Source of the DNA: a virus
IMG/VR virus record: IMGVR_UViG_3300045988_036631
Coordinates: 1-44,213 of that record
Strand: one strand, 5' to 3'
Length of the DNA stretch: 44,213 nucleotides
Below are positions 34,490 to 42,245 of the stretch, piece by piece (the first letter of the stretch is position 1; every line of letters starts with the position of its first letter). Both the position numbers and the translations under genes were made by a program. The notes beneath the pieces were generated by a model that saw only the letters and a list, made by a program, of their open reading frames with translations, had not been told where the DNA came from and searched no databases.

Positions 34490-34518
34490 ATTATAGCGCT
34501 TTTTCGTATATGTGTCAA
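34490..34518 (-). promoter_or_regulatory. Perfect-consensus sigma70 promoter ahead of the packaging module
   Basis: Minus strand: TTGACA (34513-34518 rc), 17 nt spacer, TATAAT (34490-34495 rc), then GGTGGAGGTGATGGG-ATG. Confidence 0.8.
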
Positions 34519-34776
34519 CATATATTTTTATATTCGCCGCAGTTTTTTACACCCCGAATCAGCATAAGCAACGCCGCTCCCACTCTGCGTCCCTGTCTGC
34601 GTTGCGTCCCGATCTGCGCCGGAGGTAAAGCACAAATCACCCCAAAACAAAAGCCGTGACGTTCGCCGCGGCTTTGCTGCTGATTATAAGCCAGCGTCCT
34701 GCGCTTTGCGCTCTTCGCTGATTTTAATGTTATCACACGGTCGCACTCTATGTGTAGCTCCGACCGCTCTATAAAT

Positions 34777-35205
34777 CTACTGCAAGTCGCCTATAATCTC
34801 CCTCTTGTACGCCCAGCCTGTGCTTTCGGCCAGCCCTTGGCGTGCCGTCGCCTCAGTGACGGACAGTCCCTCGATAAAATACGCCTTGCAAAACTCTCGC
34901 ACTCGACTGACCTTCTCAAGTGTTTCGATTTGCAGCACAATCTTGTCGATCACCTCAAGCGCCGCTGAAATTGCCGTAAGATAGGCCGTGCTTGCGGCTT
35001 GCAGCGCCTCGAAAGCCTTGTCACGCCGTATGACATAGGCTTCAAGCCCTGCACCGTTGGGCGAGCCGGACGGCATGCCCGTGAGCTTCTGCGCCGTCAG
35101 ATAGGCGGCTTTCTCTTCCTCGTAGGCTTCTTCCGTCCTCACATACGCCTTGCGCTTTTTCCGCGTGTCAAGCAGCGTGCGCTTGTCCGCTTCCGTCAAC
35201 TGCAT
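34777..35205 (-). CDS. Late-gene transcriptional regulator (ArpU/RinA or sigma region-4-like)
   Basis: C-terminal HTH FCKAYFIEGLSVTEATARQGLAESTGWAYKREII. Position just upstream of the packaging genes. Confidence 0.65.
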   Translation of the reverse strand: MQLTEADKRTLLDTRKKRKAYVRTEEAYEEEKAAYLTAQKLTGMPSGSPNGAGLEAYVIRRDKAFEALQAASTAYLTAISAALEVIDKIVLQIETLEKVSRVREFCKAYFIEGLSVTEATARQGLAESTGWAYKREIIGDLQ

Positions 35206-35207
35206 TA

Positions 35208-35405
35208 TTAACCTCCTTTTTGTGTCTTTCTTTGAAATTTAAGCCAGCGCTCATGACTGCGCTTTTTGCTCGTGCCCTCCAGGCAAGCCGTGTAGCGGTT
35301 TTCCAGCGCTTGCTTCCGTCCGTCGGCATACGCCTTGTATCTCTCGCATCCCGCGTGACAGCCGACCTCGCGGCTCACACAGTCGCGGCATGGCGCGTCA
35401 TTCAT
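35208..35405 (-). CDS. Small Cys-rich protein, 65 aa
   Basis: MNDAPCRDCVSREVGCHAGCERYKAY... Confidence 0.45.
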   Translation of the reverse strand: MNDAPCRDCVSREVGCHAGCERYKAYADGRKQALENRYTACLEGTSKKRSHERWLKFQRKTQKGG

Positions 35406-35808
35406 GGCTATCACCTGCCCACGATGTTCCCCGCCTTTCCGCTTCCGTCGGTTTGCGCAGCCAGCAGCGCCAAAGCACTCCATAATCACAGAGCGGCAGG
35501 TATTCGCAAGATGCTTTCCCAATTGTCTGTATTTGTGCCATTCTCGCATCCGGCGCGACACACACATCGGCAATAAATACCCGGCTCATTGCCTCAAGCC
35601 ATACAGGTTCATCGCTTCCTGTCGCTTCCTCCGGCGTGAGCACGCGATTTTTCGGCTCGGCGCGGCTCTCAAGCTGCTCGATGTAGGCGAGTGCGTCGGA
35701 AAGCAGATTCATAACACATTCTTTCTCCGTAAAATACGGGCACTCCATCCAACACCATTCCTTTCCGCATATTTCCGCAGATTTCTTGATCTCGTCAGGC
35801 GTTTTCAT
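35398..35808 (-). CDS. Cys-rich hypothetical protein, 136 aa
   Basis: MKTPDEIKKSAEICGKEWCWMECPYFTEKEC...WRCWLRKPTEAER. Confidence 0.5.
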   Translation of the reverse strand: MKTPDEIKKSAEICGKEWCWMECPYFTEKECVMNLLSDALAYIEQLESRAEPKNRVLTPEEATGSDEPVWLEAMSRVFIADVCVAPDARMAQIQTIGKASCEYLPLCDYGVLWRCWLRKPTEAERRGTSWAGDSHE

Positions 35809-36089
35809 CGCTTTTCCTCCGTTTCCGCTCCTTCTCGATCTTCGCATCTCCCGGATTTAAGTTGCAAAACCAAGCTCACAAGCTCATCATTTGTCACGTT
35901 TTCCTTGCCAAACAAGGATTTTTTAAGTTGACGGCAAGTTTCAATCGCCGAAATCGCCGCTCGTTGCTGCTCAATCCACTCGTCATAGTCGGCGGTTCGC
36001 TTGGCATTCATCGTGTTTACTCGGTATCTAGTAAGAGCGCAAATGTTCTCATTTAGCCTTTCAAGCATACGTTCCTCGGCGGTGTTCAC
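35805..36089 (-). CDS. Hypothetical protein, 94 aa
   Basis: GTG at 36089, 7 nt after AAGGAGG. This is the C-terminal third of track ORF 35805..36527. Confidence 0.45.
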   Translation of the reverse strand: MNTAEERMLERLNENICALTRYRVNTMNAKRTADYDEWIEQQRAAISAIETCRQLKKSLFGKENVTNDELVSLVLQLKSGRCEDREGAETEEKR

Positions 36090-36253
36090 TGCTTTTCCTC
36101 CTTCGGCGGCTTGGGCATTGGCATCCAGTGAGTAACTGTAAGACCCGCTCCGTAGTTTGCTGGTACTCTTGTTTTTCCTTCCAGAGAGCGGTAAAGCCAC
36201 GCGCCGTTTGAAATTATTACTGTTTCGCCATCCGTAACAAGGATTTTCCCAGC

Positions 36254-36577
36254 TTACGGCAACCTGTCCTTGACGCTGATCCGCTCCGGCTTCTGCGCAT
36301 CCTTCTCCGCCGCCAGCTTTTCCAGCATGTCGGCGGCTTGCAGCTTTGCAAGTCTGCCGTCGCAATCTTCTCCGTCCAGATTTGCGGGACATTCTTCGCA
36401 AACATAACCGATATTTGAACAGCATCGCAGGATTTTCACCAGTTCCGACACTTCGTATTTGATTTCCGCGAACTTGCACACCTCCGGGTGTTCGCTCGTC
36501 GGACACACATCGCCGCGATACGGACACTCGCCATTGGTGCAGACGCCTTCAAACGTGGCGTACCATTTACATTTCAT
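36254..36577 (-). CDS. Cys-rich hypothetical protein, 107 aa
   Basis: MKCKWYATFEGVCTNGECPYRGDVCP...CCSNIGYVCEECP. Confidence 0.5.
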   Translation of the reverse strand: MKCKWYATFEGVCTNGECPYRGDVCPTSEHPEVCKFAEIKYEVSELVKILRCCSNIGYVCEECPANLDGEDCDGRLAKLQAADMLEKLAAEKDAQKPERISVKDRLP

Positions 36578-36580
36578 CGG

Positions 36581-36991
36581 TCATTCCCTCCCCCAATCCA
36601 TTTCAACCTGTTCGCCTTCGGTGTAGGTTGTCTCTTCCTTGGCACACCCGTTGAGATACTGCAAAAAGGCTTTCGTCTCCGGCGAATCGTGAATCAGATA
36701 CATCATGTCTCTGCACCAGTTTTTATACTGCTCGTCGCGCTCCATCACGTTTTCGATCATTTCCCGAAGATCGTCTTCCGAAAATTCCGAGACGATCTCC
36801 TGCTCAACCAAATAGACCTCAATCTCTTGTATGTTTAGTTTGTTAGCGCGAAGTTCGCCTAAAAGTTCTTCTTTTGTGATGATCTCCACGTCGTCACTGT
36901 ACAGATCCTCGGAAAATCTGCCCGTATAAACAATCAACAGCCGATCATTCTCAAGCTCGCTGAACTTTGGCAGCGTATCAAGTCCCGCCAT
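36581..36991 (-). CDS. Very acidic early protein, 136 aa
   Basis: D/E-rich throughout (SEDLYSDDVEIITKEELL, EFSEDDLREMIENVMERDEQ). Confidence 0.55.
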   Translation of the reverse strand: MAGLDTLPKFSELENDRLLIVYTGRFSEDLYSDDVEIITKEELLGELRANKLNIQEIEVYLVEQEIVSEFSEDDLREMIENVMERDEQYKNWCRDMMYLIHDSPETKAFLQYLNGCAKEETTYTEGEQVEMDWGRE

Positions 36992-37052
36992 CCGCTATCC
37001 CCTCCATCACATACAGCACACATGTCAACGCCATGCCGTTACCCAGCGTCAT

Positions 37053-37241
37053 TTAGTCGTCCTCCATCGCGTCCAAATCATCCACCAATGCCAGAAGATG
37101 CGCTCTAACCTGTTTCACGCCGCGCTTGATGCCTTCTTTTGCGTAGGCTTTGCGGACGTAGTAGGGTTTATAGTGCTCGATTGTTTCTTCAAGCGATTGT
37201 ACTTCCAGCGCAATCATGCGTATTCTTTCTTGTGCTGTCAT
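37053..37241 (-). CDS. Hypothetical protein, 62 aa
   Basis: ATGA overlap with the MazG stop. GGAGG RBS. Confidence 0.45.
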   Translation of the reverse strand: MTAQERIRMIALEVQSLEETIEHYKPYYVRKAYAKEGIKRGVKQVRAHLLALVDDLDAMEDD

Positions 37242-37606
37242 TTCCCGTGCCTCCACTCTCTCCCTCGGTTGATCTCCATCTTTTCCCGCACCGCCTTGTC
37301 AATGTCGATGCCCAGATACCCGGCGGCAGACAGCGCCATGATGATAACGTCCGCCAGTTCTTCACGGAAGTGATCTTCATCAAGCACCGATCCCAAAAGT
37401 TCCTGATTTTCCACGAAAACTCGCAGTGTTGCATGAACACGCCTCGTCTCTTGCTCGGCGTTTGCGATTTTGTAAATCCGCAAAATGCCGGAATCCCTCA
37501 GACAATCGTTGCTCATCAGCGTTTTCAAAAGATGGCCTTCTTCCCACAGCCCATGTGCCACCGCGTCACTGTAAATCTCATCGCGCAATTCGTTCAAATC
37601 GTTCAT
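37238..37606 (-). CDS. MazG-like nucleotide pyrophosphohydrolase
   Basis: EELADVIIMALSAAGYLGIDIDKAVREKMEINRGR is a typical all-alpha NTP-PPase motif. Confidence 0.8.
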   Translation of the reverse strand: MNDLNELRDEIYSDAVAHGLWEEGHLLKTLMSNDCLRDSGILRIYKIANAEQETRRVHATLRVFVENQELLGSVLDEDHFREELADVIIMALSAAGYLGIDIDKAVREKMEINRGREWRHGK

Positions 37607-38033
37607 TTCGTGCCTCCTCTAAAAATAACCAACATCGACGGAAAAGGCGCGGACGCTTTCGCATTGCCAAACTTGATCCGCCCTTTCAAAAACCTAATCT
37701 CTGCCTGATGATAAATGTAGTCGTGAAAGGCTCGCGTGTCTGTTCTCGCAGGAACGAGCATCACCACCAGCGCGCCTTTCTCTGCCTCGTCGTGCGCTTT
37801 CTTGATCCACTTCGGGAGTTCTCGCCCGTAGGGCGGATTGCAAAACACCCTTTTACCCCCCCCCAATTTTGGGAAAGTCCGTCCTCTGCCTTGGTGAAGT
37901 GTTCCGCGCATTTCGCGTTCTCGTGTGTGCAGCACGGGTCAAGGTCGAAATGGAACTCCGCGTCCAGCTCGTCAAAAAGATCCTGCGGCGTTGCCCACTC
38001 AACGGATGCGCTTGAAAATAGACAGCTATTCAC
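37603..38033 (-). pseudogene. Small phage Dam-type N6-adenine methyltransferase interrupted by a frameshift at a G9 (C9 on plus strand) tract
   Basis: N-terminal half in track ORF 37761..38114 (SVEWATPQDLFDELDAEFHFDLDPC...QNWGG). C-terminal half in 37603..37935 (GGGKRVFCNPPYGRE...). The two frames join if the 37856-37864 run were 10 or 7 G. GTG start 38033 after GGGAGG. Confidence 0.8.
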
Positions 38034-38046
38034 GTCTAAACCTCCC

Positions 38047-38511
38047 TCAGAACGGCAATTCTTCGTCGTCCACCTGCGTGAACCCGCCAAAATCATTATG
38101 CGGCTGCGGCGCATAGGCCGTCCCGCTGTCTTTGCTCGCCGCCGTCGTGTATGCCCCCGGCGCGCTCTGTGTGCTGCTCTGCTGGTTCTGTGGCGACAGG
38201 AACTCCACCTCGTCGGCGACGATATCCCATGCCGTCCGCTTGCTCCCGTCCTTCGCCTCGTAGGTTTGGGTCTGGATGCTTCCCGTCACGGCCACCTTGC
38301 GCCCTTTGGCAAGATACTTGCTGCACAGCTCGGCCAGCTGCCGCCACGCGATGACGTTCAGGAAATCCGTTTCCTGCTGTCCCGTCTGCGGGTTGCGAAA
38401 GCGGCGATTTACCGCAATCGAGAAGTTGCAGACCGCAACGCCGGACTGCGTGGATCGCATTTCCGGGTCGCGGGTCAGATTGCCGATCAGAAAAACCTTA
38501 TTCACAGCCAT
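38047..38511 (-). CDS. ssb: Single-stranded DNA-binding protein
   Basis: NKVFLIGNLTRDPEMRSTQSGVAVCNFSIAVNRRF...DFLNVIAWRQLAE and acidic tail DDEELPF. Start is ATG 38511 or GTG 38505. Confidence 0.95.
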   Translation of the reverse strand: MAVNKVFLIGNLTRDPEMRSTQSGVAVCNFSIAVNRRFRNPQTGQQETDFLNVIAWRQLAELCSKYLAKGRKVAVTGSIQTQTYEAKDGSKRTAWDIVADEVEFLSPQNQQSSTQSAPGAYTTAASKDSGTAYAPQPHNDFGGFTQVDDEELPF

Positions 38512-38743
38512 TCTCCTTTTCTTCTCCGTATTTTTGATTTTTTTCAAGGTTTGCAATTCTGCCAATCTGATTCAGGATCGTTTTTCGCATTTTTTGATTT
38601 TCCACAACGACCTTGTTCATAGAGCCGAATAATCCATAACACGACGACGCAACGTCTCTGATAAATTGGGCATTGCATTCAATTTCCTTGTCGGACATTT
38701 CTTGGATTGATTCAAGTCCTCGAATAATTTCATACTTCTTCAC
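38498..38743 (-). CDS. Hypothetical protein, 81 aa
   Basis: GTGA overlap with the VRR-NUC stop. GGGAGG RBS. Lower local GC. Confidence 0.45.
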   Translation of the reverse strand: MKKYEIIRGLESIQEMSDKEIECNAQFIRDVASSCYGLFGSMNKVVVENQKMRKTILNQIGRIANLEKNQKYGEEKENGCE

Positions 38744-39117
38744 TTTTTCGATCCTCCCAAGTAATTTTTTATACATTCCGCAGCTTCGCACCATCCCCGG
38801 CACACCGCCGCGCAATAGCCTTGTTTTTGCAAGTCATGCAGCCATAGCTTTTGACAATCGCTGACCGTTCCGCCCTTTGTGCGCTTCATCTCGACGAAAA
38901 GCCCGTGAAACTCTCCACGCGGGACGGGCAAGAAGATGTCAGGCACTCCGCTTTTCAGCCCTTCGGCCTTCATTCTGCCGCCCGTCATCCAGCTTCGTTT
39001 TCCCTCGTTGGGGATATGGAACATCAGCGCCAATTCCGGGTACTTCCCACATTGCATCGCCGCCCAGCGGAAAAGGGTCTGCTGCTCTTCGGATTCAGTC
39101 GGCGTTGTGTTCCTCAC
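38740..39117 (-). CDS. VRR-NUC domain nuclease
   Basis: SEEQQTLFRWAA...HIPNEG...GVPDIFLPVPRGEFHGLFVEMKRTKG...Q..W is the PD-(D/E)XK VRR-NUC pattern. Confidence 0.85.
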   Translation of the reverse strand: MRNTTPTESEEQQTLFRWAAMQCGKYPELALMFHIPNEGKRSWMTGGRMKAEGLKSGVPDIFLPVPRGEFHGLFVEMKRTKGGTVSDCQKLWLHDLQKQGYCAAVCRGWCEAAECIKNYLGGSKK

Positions 39118-39246
39118 TTACTTCTTCACCGCCTTGCCTAAGATGACCACAAGCATCAATAAACACCACCAAGGATTTTTTGTCACCCAGATACACGCCA
39201 CGCTCACAAGCGCTTGCGCTATCCAGATAAGGCCGTATCCCGTCAC
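39118..39246 (-). CDS. Small hydrophobic (2-TM) peptide, 42 aa
   Basis: GTGA overlap. GGGGAGGG RBS. VTGYGLIWIAQALVSVACIWVTKNPWWCLLMLVVILGKAVKK. Confidence 0.4.
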   Translation of the reverse strand: MTGYGLIWIAQALVSVACIWVTKNPWWCLLMLVVILGKAVKK

Positions 39247-39449
39247 TTTTTTCCCTCCCCTTGCCGTCTTTGAAACGTCCTCATGCAGGTGTACCGACAA
39301 AAATACTTACATTTTCCTTTTTTGTCAGTAATCTTATAGACATAGATCATCGGGTATGCCGTCACAAACTTAGTACCGCACACGGGGCAAGTTCTGGAGG
39401 TTAATACTTGGTCAAGCGCCCCGCGAGGCATTTTGCTTTTCCCGCTCAT
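39243..39449 (-). CDS. Small zinc-finger protein, 68 aa
   Basis: CPVCGTKF...CKYFCRYTC. Confidence 0.5.
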   Translation of the reverse strand: MSGKSKMPRGALDQVLTSRTCPVCGTKFVTAYPMIYVYKITDKKGKCKYFCRYTCMRTFQRRQGEGKK

Positions 39450-40228
39450 ATCGGCAGTCTCTCCTGTGTCGCTTTTGGCGCATACAAGTCGTGGAAAAAC
39501 CGCTGGCCTTTCCCGGTGATTAGCGGTGTTTTGTTGATCTGAATACCGCTGCTTCGGGAAACCGTACTCTCATGCACCCGCATCAGCCCCATATCCATGC
39601 TTTTCTGTGACGGAACGTTCCAGTTTCGGCCTTTTGAGTTCAGCCATTTGTCATTTCGCAGCCTTTCAAACAGCCGTCTTTCTCCGATATCTAGCCCCGC
39701 CTGATTCAGAATTTTGGCCAGCGTTCCGATTGAGATGCAGGTTTCTGCTTTCTCCACGGTTTCGGCAAACAGCACCTTCGGCGCGTCTGCTTTGATCTTT
39801 TCGTTCGCAGCCTCAAGCTGCTTGTTTCGCTCGGCAATCTTCCGCTGTGCAACAATCAGCGCGTTTGCCAGCAACTGGTCGTCGTCCATCGTCTCCTGTC
39901 CGGCGATATATCCGCCCGTCTTGCGGATCTCTGGAATAACCTCGTGAGTAATCCAGCGCTTGAAGGCTTTCGCTTCGGGCTTGCGGCTACCAAGAATCAA
40001 AGCGTAAAGCCCCGGTTCGTTGACGGCATTCACGGGAAGCCCGTTGCTCGCACCCTCGATTGAAACTAGGGTGCGTTCATCCTCATCCAAACGCTTAATA
40101 ACATCGCTGCTGTTCCCCAGTCCCAGCGCCCTGCACACATCCGCCGCCACAAACCACGGTTCACCTTCCAGTGTCACAGCGCGCACCGCGCCGAACTCAT
40201 CCTTGCGAAAAATCGTTACATCGTTCAT
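39446..40228 (-). CDS. Antirepressor: Bro-N domain plus KilAC/ANT C-terminal domain
   Basis: FGAVRAVTLEGEPWFVAADVCRALGL...EPGLYALILGSRKPEAKAFKRWITHEVIPEIRKTG. Confidence 0.85.
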   Translation of the reverse strand: MNDVTIFRKDEFGAVRAVTLEGEPWFVAADVCRALGLGNSSDVIKRLDEDERTLVSIEGASNGLPVNAVNEPGLYALILGSRKPEAKAFKRWITHEVIPEIRKTGGYIAGQETMDDDQLLANALIVAQRKIAERNKQLEAANEKIKADAPKVLFAETVEKAETCISIGTLAKILNQAGLDIGERRLFERLRNDKWLNSKGRNWNVPSQKSMDMGLMRVHESTVSRSSGIQINKTPLITGKGQRFFHDLYAPKATQERLPI

Positions 40229-40230
40229 GC

Positions 40231-41484
40231 TTAACCCCCTTGCATTTCCGTGAATCGCATCGTCGCGCCGTCAAAATACAGCGTAATCCTTCCACATCGA
40301 CCTCCCCGATTTTTGTCCAGAAACAGCTTCCTTTCCGGGTCATCCTTGTCGTTCGGCGCATGTAGCAGGAGTACCGCGTCCGCGTCCTGCTCAATCGAGC
40401 CGGATTCGCGCAGGTCTGACAGTTTCGGCTCGTCGTTCCGCTCGCTCGCGCGGTTGAGCTGTGATGCGGTCAAAACCGGGATTTTTAGCTCCATCGCAAG
40501 CGCCTTTAGCCCTCTTGTGACAACTCCGACTGCTTCCGCGCGGTTGTTTGTCTTTTGTCCTGCATCAAGCAGCTGCAAGTAATCAGCCACGATCAAATCA
40601 AGCCCGCCATGTGCTCGCGTCCTCAGTGCCATTCGGCGGATATCCTGCACGGTTCGCGCCCGTTCGCTGATGCAGAACCTCTCTGACGGGATTTCTGCAA
40701 AGCTGTCAGCGACTTTGATGATCTCATCTTCCGTCAGGTCGTGGCGTTCGATTTTGTCCACCGAGACGCCGCTTTTCTGTGCCACAACACGCCCGACGAC
40801 CTCGTCCGCGCCCATCTCGCAAGATACCAACAGGATTCTTCTGCCTGCGTCCAGCGCTCGAACGGCCATATGCAGCAGGAGCGCAGACTTGCCGACGGAA
40901 GGCCGTGCGCCGACAACGATCAACTTGCCGCCCGCAATCAGCAAGGATTGATCGAGCTTCGGAAACCCTGTCTTTGCGATGGGTTCAACCGCTCCACTCG
41001 TGAGCCGTGTATAAAAGCCGCAAAGCGCGCCTGTGCCGCTGATAATGTCTCCGTCGTCTGTTTGTCCGCCAAGTTCGTTCAAGCGCACCACGGCGCCGTT
41101 AAGCAGTTCTGACGTGGATATCTCGCCATCGTTCGCGCTCTTGACTGTATCCAGACACGTCTTGATAAGCGCTTTCCGCATTGCCGCTTCCCGGATGTTC
41201 CGTGCCTGCTGTTCGGCAAGCGCCGTTGTGACGGTTTCCGTGGCGACGACGATAGCCTGTTCAAGGTCGTCGTCAGAAATCACGCCTTCAAGCGTCGGGA
41301 TATCGCATGGACGGCCTTGCCTCTCAAGCGCAAGCGCGGCCTCAAAAATTCGGCGGCAGAACGGGATTGTGAACCATTCGGCTTTAAGCCCGGAATCGCT
41401 TGCCTTTGCGTCGCCCTTGATGATTGCGCCGCAGAATTCGCGCTCAGAGATCTCTTTCGTGAGACTTTGGTACGGATCGTCCAT
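40231..41484 (-). CDS. Replicative DNA helicase (DnaB family)
   Basis: Walker A GARPSVGKSALLL. DYLQLL, SQLNRASE and RESGSIEQDADAV motifs. Confidence 0.95.
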   Translation of the reverse strand: MDDPYQSLTKEISEREFCGAIIKGDAKASDSGLKAEWFTIPFCRRIFEAALALERQGRPCDIPTLEGVISDDDLEQAIVVATETVTTALAEQQARNIREAAMRKALIKTCLDTVKSANDGEISTSELLNGAVVRLNELGGQTDDGDIISGTGALCGFYTRLTSGAVEPIAKTGFPKLDQSLLIAGGKLIVVGARPSVGKSALLLHMAVRALDAGRRILLVSCEMGADEVVGRVVAQKSGVSVDKIERHDLTEDEIIKVADSFAEIPSERFCISERARTVQDIRRMALRTRAHGGLDLIVADYLQLLDAGQKTNNRAEAVGVVTRGLKALAMELKIPVLTASQLNRASERNDEPKLSDLRESGSIEQDADAVLLLHAPNDKDDPERKLFLDKNRGGRCGRITLYFDGATMRFTEMQGG

Positions 41485-42217
41485 AACTCATCCCTCCCTT
41501 GCTGTCAGGTGGCTTGTCCGTCCATGTGTATCCTCGCTCTTTCTCCTTGCGAAGAATGCCCTCGACATACCGCCAACATCGGCTTTTTTCTGTCGCTCCT
41601 TGAGTTTTGTTTATGGCTTTCAGCAGATTTTTGGCTCCGTATTCAGCCCTGAGTCTGTCCATCGCGTCAAAGTCGCCCGAAGCACTGGCGGGTAAACCCA
41701 TGCGCTTTGCAGCAGCCTCCACGTCTGCCTGTTCTTCCCGCATTCGCCGCAGTTCGTCGTCCGTCACGTCGTCGTAGGGGTTTGGGGTTACGTAACCACC
41801 ACCAATATTCTTTTCTTGTTCTTTTACTTGTTCTTGTTCTTGTATATATGCGTTTTGCTTGACGTTGCTTTCGTCTGCTTCCGGTTGCTTGGCTTTGCTT
41901 GACTTTGCTTGGCTTTGCTTCAATGTGCTTGCGTTTGCTTCCGTCTGCTTGACGTTGCTTTCGTCTGCTTCCGGTTGCTTGGCGCTTCCGCCTTTTTTCC
42001 CGCTTGCTTTCTTTGCTTCCAAGGATTCAGCGCACTGATCGATTTTAAATTGAAGCGTGTCCCAGACATACCATTCCGGCGCGTTCTCGCCAAACGTCGG
42101 CAACTCGCCACGGTAGGCATAGGCCATCATGGCCATAAAAAGCCGTCCGCGCTGTGCGTCATCATATCGTTTGAGAAGGACTTCGATGTCCGGGAAAACC
42201 TTCAGATAATCCAGCAT
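41444..42217 (-). CDS. Replisome organizer / replication initiator (DnaD-like C-terminus) containing the origin repeats
   Basis: N-terminus MLDYLKVFPDIEVLLKRYDDAQRGRLFMAMMAY. Repeated KQPEADESNVKQ. Precedes the DnaB gene. Confidence 0.75.
   Translation of the reverse strand: MLDYLKVFPDIEVLLKRYDDAQRGRLFMAMMAYAYRGELPTFGENAPEWYVWDTLQFKIDQCAESLEAKKASGKKGGSAKQPEADESNVKQTEANASTLKQSQAKSSKAKQPEADESNVKQNAYIQEQEQVKEQEKNIGGGYVTPNPYDDVTDDELRRMREEQADVEAAAKRMGLPASASGDFDAMDRLRAEYGAKNLLKAINKTQGATEKSRCWRYVEGILRKEKERGYTWTDKPPDSKGGMSYGRSVPKSHERDL
41851..41980. repeat. 13 consecutive 10-bp units each ending TGCTT (AAGCA on the coding strand); putative ori iterons
   Basis: cgttttgctt gacgttgctt tcgtctgctt ccggttgctt ggctttgctt ... 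Includes a 33-bp exact direct repeat at 41861-41893 and 41951-41983. Flanked by a T-rich/TATATA stretch at 41806-41850. Confidence 0.85.
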
Positions 42218-42245
42218 TCTTTTTCCCCTTTCTCTTTAAAGTAAA

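Noticed and set aside
34735-34790. Resemblance of GGAGCTACACATAGAG / CTCTATAAATCTAC to the preQ1-I riboswitch core.
   Set aside because: I could not form the required P1 stem (AGAGG/CCUCU type). On the minus strand the motif overlaps the 3' end of the late-regulator gene instead of preceding a gene, and on the plus strand the only downstream ORF (34750..34968) lies antisense to that gene and is not credible.
35805-36527. 240-aa minus-strand ORF taken as a single gene.
   Set aside because: Its N-terminal two-thirds is Arg/Gly-rich nonsense and overlaps the better Cys-rich ORF 36254..36577 in another frame. Only the last 94 codons (GTG 36089 after AAGGAGG) look like a gene.
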